Positions 1 to 12,509 of a stretch of DNA of 64,000 bases are shown one piece after another. The notes below the pieces were generated by a model that saw nothing but the letters and a program-made list of their open reading frames with translations, was not told where the DNA came from and ran no database searches. This DNA is from Diadema antillarum (Eukaryota): positions 186,001 through 250,000 of the forward strand of contig NW_027271997.1 of assembly GCF_040938485.1 (NCBI RefSeq). Direction: 5' to 3'. The translations under genes were made by a program, and so were the position numbers. Within the stretch, counting starts at the first letter, position 1. Each line of letters starts with the position of its first letter.

Positions 1-120
1 CCACACAGCTGTTACGATGTCGTTCTGTGTGTTTGTTACACGTCGTGCCTGTTTGATTCCATCGAGATGTGTGCTAGGACTTACCACCATTCACTAGGCC
101 TACATCGCTCATTTGCCTAC

Positions 121-3100
121 CGTAATAAAAGTCAGCGCCAAGGTCTTCCAGTCTCAACGAAACCTGGCCCGGCCCGTGCGCCCCGTCTACCGCGCTGATC
201 ACTCCCCGTTCGCGGCACATGCTCACAAGCTCTCTGATTGGAAACAAGATGGCGGATGTGCAGGGAATGTGGTCGATCAGGGCGAGCCGGATTCGCGGGT
301 TTTCGTTGAGGGCTGTCACGTGACGCTCGAGTATTTCTTCCGTCGTCGTCTTGAAAGGTATGTGAATTTGTACCACGTCGATATCTTGTGGAAAATAAAA
401 TGAAACGTCACTGCATGGAGTTGTGACTACGTAATGCTCCCCGCAAAATAAGAAACTCTTGTAAAGTTGTGTGGTTTTAAGTATAAAACTTGAAATGGCG
501 CTATAAAGTCTATGGCTGGTATGCCTCCGCCATTTTGTATTTGATTCTCACATAGGTCTGTTATACAGCTTCACAGTGTGAGACGACATTATTAAAGAAA
601 AGAAATTACATTTTTTTTTGAAAGTTTGATGGCACAACATCAAAATGCGTTTAGTGTTTATACATTCCTTGAACCAGATTTCATTTGGATGGCTGAATAT
701 ATTGTTCGGAGGGCAAGTATTCGGGAATAAGGGTATTTTCACTTAGGGCCTAAGGACGGACAGGGGTAGGACGGACGAACGGACAACCCGAAAACATACT
801 AATGCCTCCTGCGACACTTCGTGCGGAGGCATTGTTACGGTATAGACGCTATGTTCTTATTATCAGTTGCCAATGCAAGTGATCAGGGAAAACTCTTTGG
901 GAAACTAAAAAAAAAAATGTGAGAAAAGTTAATGGCATTTCATATTTTGAATTCCGGTGTCTAATAAACCTGTCTGCTGTATACACTATGTATGTCTACA
1001 CGTGTATATTGTGTCCACATGGATTGTGGTGAGAGAGAGAGAGGGGGGGGGGGGATGAGTAGGGAGTTATCTGAGTGAAGTATTGCTGCATGACTTAACT
1101 TGTGTACTGAATTCCTGTAACCCAAATTTATCACAGATAAATATTCCAATTGTCACACCAACCCCCAACTAACATCGAGTACTCGTTCATTCTGCTCTAC
1201 ACATACCACCTTGTCGTTGATGTTGTTGTTCGTCTTCCTTTACATAAAAATAAAGGCCATTCGACGATTAAACTTTGACACAAAAAAAGTCACGTCCCTT
1301 TTTGTTTGCAGTTTGGTTACTTGTTTGGTTGCTTTGTGCAGAGGAATTTAAAAGCACACGAGCAATAACAAGAGACCACCACAAATATCAATTGAACTCT
1401 CAGCTAAGGGACGCTATGCTTCATGACTTTTACAGAATGTGTTCAAAAGTTCATCATAATGGTGTGGTCTTGATTTGTTCGACCGTGCTCGAGGTTTCTC
1501 GTAGCCTCGCCGTTACTCAATTATTATCCCACGGCGCAAATTCTCTGGAATCGAGTGCTCTGCATAGCCGCACTAAGAAGGTTTGTCGTCACGGCGGTGG
1601 CGATCTACAAAAGGGCTTTTGTAACTATTCGATCAAGAGAAGCCCACAACCATGGCAACTGCAAAAGAGCTCGGAGAGCATGACCCCCGCCAAAACCACA
1701 GAGAGTCACATATCGCAATATAGACCAAAATATAACACTAATGTTTGTCTTGTTTCTCAATATTACCAGTATTTCTCTTTTGTTCGCTTATGTCACTCTC
1801 TATGGCATAAAAATTCGTAATGTCAATGTTTGAACTTCAACAGAATGATGATTAATGAGAAAAAAGTCAATAATGAAGGCAAAAGGAAGATATTCAAGTA
1901 TGTGTAGAGAACACTGACTTCCGAATATCAACATAATAGAATAATGAAAAACCCTCTTTTCTTCACATATTGCATTGTACATGGCTTCTACTTCTGGATC
2001 GCCAGATCCTAAATAATAGACTGCGATCTGAATTAGTTTTAGATTTAGAATTAGATTTTAACAGACCTTATCATGGAGATGTTGTTCGTTCATTTAATTT
2101 TTTTTTGGATGATACCCCATTTTTTTTTTTGTTTCGCGCGCAAAAAAAAAAAAATCAAAAATCAAAAATCAAAAATCAAAAAGTGCAATGTACCGTCCTC
2201 TATTCCGGAAGGCGAATAATCCTAAGTGAAAATCGTGACTCCGGCTCAAGATCTGATACAACATTACTTTGTGTCTCTTGCCATAACGAATGTAGTCTGA
2301 AATATCCATCAAATTTCATTTCACAGCTTTTTAAGCGATATTGCAGAAACAGACAATTCCGGCAAATACATCCTTCCTGGCTGAGCTAGTAACAACCCAT
2401 ACCATTTTCGGACTCCATTTATTTACCAAGATTTGTTAATCTTCATATACTTTATGTTCTGCGTTATGGCTAATCGACTTAACGCAGCATTTGACTCCCT
2501 TGATGACGATGAACTCTTTGATTTGTTTAGACGCTCGCCTACAGAATCAAGAAGTCAGATCAATTCACGTTCTTCTGCACTTTATGAAAACCTCGTTGCC
2601 AATAATGTTAATTTTTTTTTCTAATGATTTGTTTAATGATTTTGACTTTGAACATGATTCCACTTTAATCTCCTCCAAATATGTTACGGTTGATCAATTT
2701 AAAGATTTTGTGAAAGATTTTTCAGAAAGTATATTTTCTATAGTACATTTGAATATTAGGAGTATGAATAAGCATTTTGATGAATTACAGGTATTGTTAG
2801 ATAATCAAAATAAACAACAAATATCTGTAATAGGTTTAACTGAAACATGGTTATCATCTGATATTAATTTACCGTATGCATTGAATGGTTATGATTTGAT
2901 TGTAAATAATAGAGTGAATAGGACCGGCGGCGGGGTTGCGATTTATTTATCCAATGACCTTGAGTTTGATACTTGTGATGATTTAAATATAATGAATGAT
3001 ATAATAGAGTCTTTGTTTGTTGAAATCTCCATCCCTCAAAGTAAAAATATAATAGTTGGCGTTGTTTATAGACCCCCAAACTCCAGTTCTAAAGATTTTT

Positions 3101-6100
3101 TAGATAGTATGACGAATTTATTAAAAAGCCCTCGTTTTGTTAATAAATGTATTTATATAATGGGTGATTTTAATATTGACTTGATTAAGAGTGATGATAA
3201 TACGTCACAAGAATTTCTTGAATTATTTTTATCATCCTCTTTTTTGCCATTAATTTCCAAACCTACACGTGTTACAAATCATTCTGCCACCCTCCTTGAT
3301 AATATTTTCACTAATTCTTTACAAGTTTTGAATTCTTCTATAATTTTATCCGATATGACCGATCACTTTCCAATTATAACATGCTGTGACCTTAAACATT
3401 CAGTTAATAAGTCTTATTTTCCTTTATTTAAACGTAGAGCCACACCAGAAAATTTAGCTAGTCTTGACGCTTGTTTAGACAGGGTTGATTGGTCAAGTGT
3501 TTGTGATACTGATGATGTTAATGTATCATTTGATAATTTTATGGAGATAATCAATAAGCATTTAGATGATTATATTCCTAAACTAAAAGATAAGTCAGTA
3601 AATTATAAAACAATACCTAAACTTCCATGGATTTCGAAATCTCTTCTCCGTTCAATTAACAGAAAAAATAGGTTGTATTATAAATTCAAAATGAAAAAAA
3701 CTGAGGAGTCAAAAAATAAATATACATCATATAAGAATATTTTGATTAAGGTCATACGATCTGAAAAGCGGAAATATTATACCATTCAGATAGAAAAATA
3801 TAAACATGACGTGAAGAATACATGGAAGATATTAAAGCAGGCCATGAATATATCAAAAAAGAAATTGAATATTACAAAAATAAGATTTGATAATAAAATT
3901 GTTGAAGATCCTGGTGATATAGGAAATATTTTTAATTCTTATTTTGCAATGATTGGAGAGAATCTGGCAAAAGAAGTACCGCAGTCCGATACGCATTTTG
4001 CAAAATTTTTAGGTCAATCCAATCCCAGTTCTATTTTCTTAGCTCCAACTACGAAATATGAAATAATAGACATTGTTGCTGCAATGAATGATAAACGAAG
4101 TGCCGGTTATGATGATATAAGTAATTTTATTATAAAGGGAATTATATTTTCTATTGCTGACCCACTTTCTCATATTTTTAATAAATCCATATTACATGGT
4201 GTTTTTCCTGATTGTATGAAAATAGCTAAGGTGTGTCCTTTATTCAAAAAAGGAGACAGTTTTGATATAAGTAATTATAGACCTATTTCTCTACTTTCAT
4301 CCATATCTAAGGTTTTGGAAAAATTGATATTTACAAGAACGATTAAATTTCTCAATTATTATAATGTTTTTACAAATTCTCAATTTGGGTTTCGTCAGAA
4401 ACACAGCACCATTCATGCTCTTTTGAAGTTTATTGATAACGCCGCACATACTATAGATGACCATTCTCATCTTGTTGGTATCTTCCTGGACTTCTCCAAG
4501 GCCTTCGATACAATTAATCACGAAATTTTACTTCATAAATTGTCTCATTATGGTATACGAGGGAAGGCCTTGGAATGGTTCAGGAGTTACCTGCAAAACC
4601 GAAAACAATATGTATTTTTGAACGAGCACAGTTCTAGTCTTGAAGTTATTAAATGTGGCGTCCCTCAGGGGAGTATATTAGGACCTTTACTTTTCATCAT
4701 TTACATAAATGATTTTTGTAGATCATCCGATATACTTTCTTTTATACTTTTTGCCGATGATTCAAACATTTTCTTCTCCCACCAAAATCCAATCACTCTT
4801 GTCGATACTGTTAATTCTGAATTTAAAAAAGTGACTCAATGGATAAGAGCCAATAAATTATCACTGAATCTTCAGAAAACTAACTACATGTTATTCAGTA
4901 AGTCTATAGAAGTTTTACGCACAGATATCATCTTTGATGACGTTCATTTAGAGCGTGTATCACATACAAAGTTTCTCGGTATTACAGTAGACGATAAACT
5001 TTCGTGGAAGCCTCATATTATTAATATTAGTAAAATAATTTCGCGTAATATTGGTATTATTAATAGACTTAAATCTCATATCCCGTCGTCTTCCTTGCTG
5101 ACGTTGTATTTTTCATTGATATTACCTTATTTAAATTATGGAATTTTAGCATGGGGCAGTGCCCATCAAACTTTATTAGATAGATTATTGTTATTACAAA
5201 AAAAAGGCACTTCGTATCATTTGTGGCGTTTTTCCATGTTCCCATGCAGATCCATTATTTGTTAGATATAAGATTTTAAAAATCAAAGATTTGTTTTTCT
5301 TTCAGCTGGGTCAGTTTATGTTTAATTATAACACAAATGCACTTCCTAGCATTTTTGATTCAATGTTTCCACGAAATCAATCTTTTCATAATTATCCCAC
5401 CAGGCGATCAAATGAGTTTCATTTACCCCTTCTGAGAACGTTATTGGCTCAAAATACATTTATATACAGTGGCCCTAGATTTTGGAATTCTTTAAGTTGT
5501 GATATAAAAAATTCTTTATCTTTGAATTCGTTTAAGCGTAAGTTAAAATTTTTTTTTTGTTGAACTCATATTAAGCTATATATGATTCATTACCTAGCTG
5601 GTCTTTACAGCCTAAGGGTTCATCGTCAATCATTGATTTCATCATTGTGTATTTTTTACATTATCTTATTTGTATAAACTTTGTTCGGCTGATCGAGCTG
5701 AAACACCTCAATTCCCTCTTCTGATCCAGATGTACAGCACCTCAATTCCATCTTCTGATCCCGATGTTCAGCGTGTTGGCTTTTCCTTTCACTTCCTTTT
5801 TCTTTCTCTCCTTTCTTTCCATTGTTCTTTTGTGTTTTATTACTGTCATGGTATACCCTACTGTAAAGTCATGTAAAGTCGTTGTGTTTCTACTGTCTTG
5901 TTCTGTCCTGTCTTGTTCTCTCCTGTCTTTGTAAAAAAAAAGTTCAATGTATTCACAAGAATCCTTTGAGTGGTTCACAATTTACAAGCATGCTTTTCAG
6001 TGAACCTCTCAGTTCTTTCTTTCTTTTTTCCCCTCCAAACATAACTTTGTATTTTGCCGACATGCATGTATAATTTCGTATTTGTTAAACATTATCTACC

Positions 6101-9100
6101 ATGTAAAGTCGAATACATGCCTATGTTATATCTTCTGATTCATTTCGTGTTATGTTTGACGAAAAAGAAAGAAGGAATGAAATAAATGAAAAATGAAAAA
6201 AAAAAATGAAATCCGAAAACGACTCCGAACGTTCGTTGGTAGGCATTCACGTTTTTCCCATTTTCAGATGAACAAAGTTTCGGAGCATGAACCTTCACAA
6301 CAAGCTACAAATGTTCCCAATAATGAACCCTATTTAAATTTTGGAATAAAGGATATCTAGGTAAACTGAATTTGTGTGTTTCGATAACACGAACCATTGG
6401 AATACCGAATCTTATTTTCATTTTTTAATAGACAAACCTTTGGAATAACCCTGGAGGAATAACGAACGTCACCCGATTTGTCATGCGTGCACTCTCACTA
6501 TGTGCGCCCGTTCATTATATGTATTTCATGTATAATCTTGTTATTCTCCTCATTCTTCTTCTTCTTCTTCTTTGTTTTTTTTTTTCTTCTTCTTCTTTCA
6601 TGTGATCTGCATGTTCTTTACAATGTGTCGGGGCTGCGAATCTCACAGGTCCATGCAGCTCTATTCCAGCGGGTGAGCCGAGGCGGAGGGCCGAGGTCGC
6701 CACTGTCAGAAAAAAAACGTAAGGCGCCGTCTGTTCCTGTTCGCATATGCTTTAGTACTACTCAGTCTCTAGGTTTGTTTGTTTGTTTATTTGTTTGTTC
6801 ATTTCCATCTGAGAAGATGGCTGGATAGCTCATATTCAGCTACGCTAAGCTGGTCTTCCATGGGGTCCAGTTGGATGTGAGGTGGAACCACTTCACCGCG
6901 TTAAACACCCTGCTCTTTGCGATGAATGAATGAAGCGGGATCTTAAACGTGCATGAGTTGTTACTCTCTCATACACGGGACCTCCATTTTATGTCCTATC
7001 CGAGGGACAGAGTGTTTTGCCTCTTGCTAGAGGGGACGGCATGCTTACACACAACAATGCTCAGTCCAGACTCGGGTTCGAACCCGGGCCTTTAGGATCG
7101 TGAGACAGACGCGCTACCGACTGAGCCAACTCACCGCCATGATATGTGAGTTCTAGGTTTGGGCTTGGTATTATTGGAGTATTATTGGAGTGATGGTGAC
7201 CGTGTCCAGATGGTACCATTCGCTACTGTCTGATTGCATGTTTGGGTTGGAGCTGTAGCAAGGGCTCAAGGGTTCCTGCATGCCAACTGAAAGGACGAGA
7301 AGGGCGAAAGTCAAGGGTCCAAGGGATACGCATTTTCTTGATTCAAACGTAAAGAATTTTTGAAGGGTCTTGGGTGGCCTTCTGCTTATATTAGCTATAC
7401 AAGTGTGATTTTCTCTACGAAGAGATGGAGGGAAGATGCATGCGACAGTTCAGGCAGGCGCCATGATCACTGATGTAGGACTGGGAGGCAACGATGATCC
7501 CCATGGTGTCAATGAACCATATATGAGGCTATAGAGTTGCCTAACCTCGAATCCTTCTGGTGAGCCTCGGAAACGGCAATATTGCAGGTGAATGACAACA
7601 CGAGATATGCTATACTGCTAATATTCATGCCTGACAAAAACTATCAAATCCTTTGTGATTCGTTCAAATCTGTTCTAATATTCAATAATGTGTATGCTAT
7701 CGTCTTTTCGTCTTACCCGGTCTCCGACTCGTGAGAATCTGTACCGTCTGCTCGACCGACATGTACGTGTGATTCGTCATCAATATCTGATCCCCAGCCT
7801 CGAAGTGAAAAGATTGCAGGATACTGTTGGTTGCTGCAGGTTGAGACATTCAAGAGAGTTGTGGTAACGATGTGAAAGCTGGGGATTTCGGAAATGATCA
7901 TGAAATGCTTCATTTCTATTGTTTGTCGCCAAAAAGTTGAAGTGTTACATCTACGACAGTGTGTTGAGGATGGACTTGTTAGACAGCCCCCTACCCAACA
8001 CGAGTGACACGCACACATTCACCCGCTCCCAGATCAAGAAAGAGACGGACTTGGTTTTTATGTATACATTTTTATGTGTGTGTATAATGTATCATACTGT
8101 CTGTTAGTTTTTATGATCAAATGCTTGGAGAAATATGTGAAAAGAGAAAACGTTAATTTGACTCTTATATAATGAATAGAGTGAAATAGTATAAACATAT
8201 AGTTATAGAAGTTAAATCAAATCCATGGTATGAAAACAAGAAAGTTGTCAAATTGCACAATTTCACAAGTTTTCACGAGACATATTATGGTCGCAAAATA
8301 GTGGAGCTAATGGCGTCATCACCTCACCATATTCTCAGCATATCATTATCATCACACCCATTTTTTTGTTTTGAACATGTGCATAATAAAAAAAAAATGA
8401 CTCCACCGCATATTTTATGACGGTACAAGTTACACTATTTTTATAGATGGTTTTGCAACGGCGGCGTGGGTATTGATAGAGATCTTTACTCCGAGAACAC
8501 CAGTTCTCATCGAATAAAAAAAAAAAATTTGTTTGGTCACATTAGTGCTTGACTAATCCCCATTGAACAATCTGTTATCACACTTTACAACACAAGACAT
8601 GACATGCTGTTACCCACCAGTTGTTGCATTTTCGATGAGCAGCAAGTTTTCAGGCTGTGCTGCCACGAAATCGGCTACTTGCTTTGCAGCGTTCTTGTAC
8701 AAATCCAGCGCTTTAAATCTATACCACAGCTCTGGATTGGATTCCATTTCTTCAAGCATCCTGCATGTGGACAAAGTGCATCAAAAGAGGTTACAACAAG
8801 ACTGTCAGTAATGTTTCCGGAGGGATACATATTTTATACAAAAGAAAAATCATGATGATAACTGAAAGGTTCTATATGTTTTTGATGCTTCCGCTGTTAT
8901 GTATAGAAATATTTGTGAAAAAGAAAAAAACGAAAGTGATTTGACGGAGTTTCAAAGGGTCGATATTGTGATCATGAACATTTATGGTTAAAAATAATTA
9001 TTCGATCTGAGCTGTGTATAATTATGTGTACACGTAAATTACCAACATACCTGCGCATTTCTGGGCCCCGTTTCATAAAACTTGTTATCAGTGACAAGTT

Positions 9101-10129
9101 GTGATAGTTGTTATAAGCTACTGAAGTCCTTGCATCTGATTGGCTGAGAGTAAATTTGTCATAGAAATGTGGCAGTTTGTCACTGATAACAATTTTTATG
9201 AAACGGGACTAAGATTAGACTATAATTGAATATTCATATCTTATTATGCCTAAAAAAAAGCAAAACAAAAAATATCGATGAACGGAGGAAGAATATTAGA
9301 TGCACGCTCTAGCATTACATGATATACACATCTACGATTTGACGTTGTCATTGGTTGTTAAGGAGAATAAAACCCACGTTTACAAATGCTAATTGAGGGG
9401 ATGTCGCAATATCATAATAGCTTAACACATAAGCGAAGTTTGAGGAAAATCGGAATCCTTTAAAAACTATGAATTTTCAAAGTTTTGGTGGGCTGGATGA
9501 GATGAAAAGACTACAACAGACGTATCACGTATGGGAAACGATATGAATAAAACAAGCAAAATGCAACATATTTTCACTTTCTAGCCTAATAAAAGAGCTC
9601 TTGACTATCCTCGTTTAGAAAGCAAGGGGCATGAAATACAGTAACAAGAAAGTGTACTCAACATAAAACATGAATTTTTGCGGAATTCCCTGCATACATC
9701 ATGCATTTTCTGTATGTCGTTGTACATATAGGTCGTACGTGACATCACAATCTGTAGTTTTCAGTTTTCTCATCCAGCGATGGCGGTACCAAAACTTTAA
9801 AAATTCACAACTTTGAACGGATTTGCCTCAAACTTCGCTAATGTGTTCCAGGAGCATTCTGCATTCCCTCATTCCACACGTATTATCGTATATTGGGTTT
9901 CGATTTCCTTTCGAAGTTTCGAAGGATGGTGATAGGCCTATACAGACAAAAGAGAGAGGGGAATACAATGAACAAACCTCTGCTGAATTTTCAACAAGCT
10001 CTTCGGCACACTTCCGTAAGACCCGTGGTTAACATAGGCCAGGTCTACCGGGATGAAGAACTCTCGCTCCCGGAGACTTCTCCCGAATTCCGGAGGTTCA
10101 CAGTGCTTGGTGAGCGAGTGCGTGGACAT
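121..10129 (-). CDS. PLP-dependent aminotransferase class V / C-S lyase (hercynylcysteine sulfoxide lyase Egt2-, L-cysteine desulfhydrase-, isopenicillin N epimerase-like); 5' four exons, gene continues beyond window start
   Basis: Exons 10129-9978, 8760-8618, 7833-7717 and 384-121 all have GT-AG ends with compatible phases (2,1,1,1). They give MSTHSLTKHCEPPEFGRSLREREFFIPVDLAYVNHGSYGSVP...MLEEMESNPELWYRF...LLLIENATTA TNSILQSF...NHTYMSV...RLALIDHIPCTSAILFPIRELVSMCRERGVISAVDGAHGPGQVSLRLEDLGADFYYG. The NHGSYG, ENATT and VDGAHxxGQ motifs are typical of this family; the Schiff-base Lys exon lies outside the window. Confidence 0.9.
752..835 (+). mobile_element. 3' end of a Helentron-associated non-autonomous element (HINE/DINE-1-like)
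   Basis: (GGAC)n-like microsatellite, then ACAACCCGAAAACATA, then a stem-loop ATGCCTCC...GGAGGCAT (802-832). This layout is typical of HINE 3' ends; the 5' boundary was not determined. Confidence 0.5.
1970..6212 (+). mobile_element. Non-LTR retrotransposon, L2/CR1 supergroup (Crack/L2-like), near full length, antisense within intron 3 of the lyase gene
   Basis: APE+RT ORF, a 3' UTR with hairpin GGTTCAC..TACAAGC..GCTT..GTGAACC near 5960-5995, and an AATAAATGAAA(A)nTGAAA tail ending near 6212. The 5' boundary is approximate and no TSD was identified. Confidence 0.85.
2466..5563 (+). CDS. LINE ORF2: apurinic endonuclease + reverse transcriptase (two +1 homopolymer frameshifts)
   Basis: APE motifs HLNIRS, GLTETW, GGGVAIY, VYRPP, MGDFNID, TDHFPI; RT motifs NYRPISLL, QFGFR, DFSKAFD, GVPQGSILGP, FADD, FLGI; C-terminal GPRFWNSL. 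Removing one T in 2612-2620 and one A in 5198-5205 joins ORFs 2433-2624, 2491-5265 and 5291-5563. Confidence 0.92.
6773..7138 (-). mobile_element. tRNA-derived SINE with Nin/Deu-type central domain
   Basis: On the - strand: A box TGGCTCAGTCGG, B box GGTTCGAACCC, central CTCTGTCCCTCGGATAGGAC..GGAGGTCCCGTGT..GCACGTTTAAGATCCC..AAGAGCAGGGTG, and an (AAAC)n tail. Confidence 0.85.
9063..9209. mobile_element. MITE with GGGCCCCGTTTCATAAAA-type TIRs (PIF/Harbinger-like)
   Basis: About 35-bp inverted termini. Core GTTATAAGCTACTGAA..CTGATTGGCTGAGAG is shared with the copy at 58938-59077. Confidence 0.75.
9358..9870. mobile_element. Kolobok-like non-autonomous DNA transposon remnant
   Basis: TTAAGG start and internal GTGACATCAC, TTCTCATCCAGC, AAAACTTTAA.AATTCA.AACTTT blocks shared with 33898-34470. 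The right end is unclear. Confidence 0.5.
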
Positions 10130-11137
10130 GCTTCTGGCAACGGTTAGCCCATGTCCTAGGTAGTGGGCAGATGTTGCTCCACGACACACCGGTACGAACT
10201 GCCGTAAGGTTCGGGCTGATATTAGAGAGACAGAAAATAGCCGAGAAAGTTATAAAGAAGGAATTCGCCCACTCTTCTGGTCTGTTACCATTCTTCTCGT
10301 CTTTTTACAAGCAAGAATTGATGAACATAATATGGTTGCATCCCAACAGTGCAAATAACTTATCATGGGTATGTGGGTTGTGGGTAGTTAAGGTCTTCCC
10401 ATATGCAACACCACGTAAATTCATTTTGCTCATGTTATAAGTATAAACATTGTCGCATAAAAAAAAAAAGAGATGAAAAATGGTTTCTCGCGACTACTTA
10501 TTTTCTTTGCTCTAGAGCAAAGTGCCGTTATGTGAGACGCACAAATTCTTGCATAAAAACTGTATAGTTGATTCTTTGGCCGCTATACCATGAACTATTA
10601 ATAGCACGGGCGATCAGTCAAACAGCGGATTCAATTAAAATTATGGATGCTAGAAACAGATGACGACCAAGTAAGACTTAACATTTTAGCAAACTTGATT
10701 TACAGAGAAAAGAGAACTGTGTACATGATATACCTGTGTGTTTTGGGTTTTTGTTCTTTTTGTATTTTTACATTTTTACTTATAGAATTCATACATTATA
10801 CATCTGTGCCGGTTTCAGGGGAACTGGTTGGTTTATCATTATCATTTTTTTTTTGGGGGGGGGGGTAGGTTATCGTGTATTTGTTTTTAAGTTTGATGGG
10901 ACCACATACTTTACTTGTCTGCACCTCAGACATAGAATCTCAATTCTTATTTACCTATCTGGTTTAAAACATTGTAATACGGCGGCGGTAACAGGGGGCT
11001 TCAAAAATATAGGAAGATGATCCAATGGGGGTACGCAAGGAGCCAGGCGTATTGCTGTATGCCAGTGTATAAATCAACTATTTTTAGGCATACTGAACCC
11101 CCCCCCCCCCCCGCCAAGATATGACTGATATTAAACA

Positions 11138-11528
11138 TTAAAGGGATGATACGGTATTTGGTGAAGTGTGGATTCAGCTTTCGACCTTTTTGCGAGAAAC
11201 TTAGAAACTACTTTATGAAATTGTAAAGAGCGCACAAACAATTCTACGATGAATTCAAAGTTTATTCGATGAAAATCGGTTTTGAAATGGCTCGTGAAAT
11301 ATCATAAAACAAAGTAAAAGAGAGCAATCCTATTAAAAGATGGGTCCCTTCTTTAATGGGGATCGCTTTGTTTTGGACAACTTAGCCATTTCAAAACCAG
11401 TGCTCATCAAATAAACTTTGAATTCCTCTTAGAATGACATGCTCTTTATTATTCCATAAAAGATCTCATCACCGAAAAACGTTTGAAACCTGAAGCCCCA
11501 TCTCAACCGAAACTGATCTATCCCTTTC
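11138..11528. mobile_element. Palindromic Kolobok-like MITE
   Basis: TTAAAGGGAT...ATCCCTT termini and inverted arms GAATTCAAAGTTTATT..AATCGGTTTTGAAATGGC / GCCATTTCAAAACC..AATAAACTTTGAATTC. A related copy lies at 52203-52694. Confidence 0.7.
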
Positions 11529-11992
11529 ACATAAAAGAGCCCTCACCCAAACCAAAGAAGTCTTTATGGAGAAAACTGCTGCAGCAAAGAGAGGTATATA
11601 ATTTGCTTACCTGTTACAGTAATGTTGCTTGGAGCCATGGTTGATATCACCGCCACTGTTTGCAGGAGGCTCTGATATATAATTCATGAACGAAATCATG
11701 TGGCTTTATGACCCAATTTTGCGTGCGCTTGTCTGATTCTCTCCCCCCCCCCCCTCTCTATCTATCCATCTATTTATCTATTCATCTGCAGTATCTATCT
11801 TTCTACTAGGTCTACATGTACTTTCCTGGCAGCGACAATACACCACGCTATCCTTGGTTACCGGCAATGACACGATGAACTTGGAACAACCACCAAGGCC
11901 CCGAAATGGCAACATTGTTATGTTAATAGCCCAAGGCTGACAGGGCTTGTCGCATAAAAGACAGAGATTATTAACCCTTTTCGTGCCAATGA

Positions 11993-12152
11993 NNNNNNNN
12001 NNNNNNNNNNNNNNNNNNNNNNNNNNNNNNNNNNNNNNNNNNNNNNNNNNNNNNNNNNNNNNNNNNNNNNNNNNNNNNNNNNNNNNNNNNNNNNNNNNNN
12101 NNNNNNNNNNNNNNNNNNNNNNNNNNNNNNNNNNNNNNNNNNNNNNNNNNNN
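11993..12152. other. Assembly gap (N run)
   Basis: 160 N. Confidence 1.
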
Positions 12153-12344
12153 GTACACGGATGATGAATGCCGGGGGTGAACATGCACTATGACTTTTTT
12201 TTTTAAATTCAATTGTCGCCCTCAGTCATGTCTGTTGAAAGATTGCCAATACTAACTGTACATCTTAGCAAACATTCAAGTCGTGCTCAGTCAAGGAAAA
12301 GGTGCAGTCCAATTAATGTCTTCTGTTAATCATAGATTAGCAGT

Positions 12345-12509
12345 CAGGGGCGGATCCAGGAATTCTGTAAAGAGGGGGCGCGTTTACAAGATTAAAGGGG
12401 GGGGCACGCACCCCTCCCCCATTTTTTCTTTTTATTTCTTTTGTTTCAACAAAAAATAAAGGGGGGGGGGGGCTTGCGCCGGTTGCGGTCCTCCCTGGAT
12501 CCGCCCCTG
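12345..12509 (+). mobile_element. 165-bp MITE, CAGGGGCGGATCCAGG TIRs, copy 1
   Basis: TIRs CAGGGGCGGATCCAGG / CCTGGATCCGCCCCTG, flanked by direct repeat GCAGT. Near-identical to 56620-56788 and 57009-57176. Confidence 0.9.

Noticed and set aside
7060-7138. tRNA gene
   Set aside because: It has A and B boxes but poor acceptor-stem pairing and continues into a SINE body and tail, so it is a SINE head.
11778-12212. ORFs spanning the first N gap
   Set aside because: Artefacts of translating through Ns.
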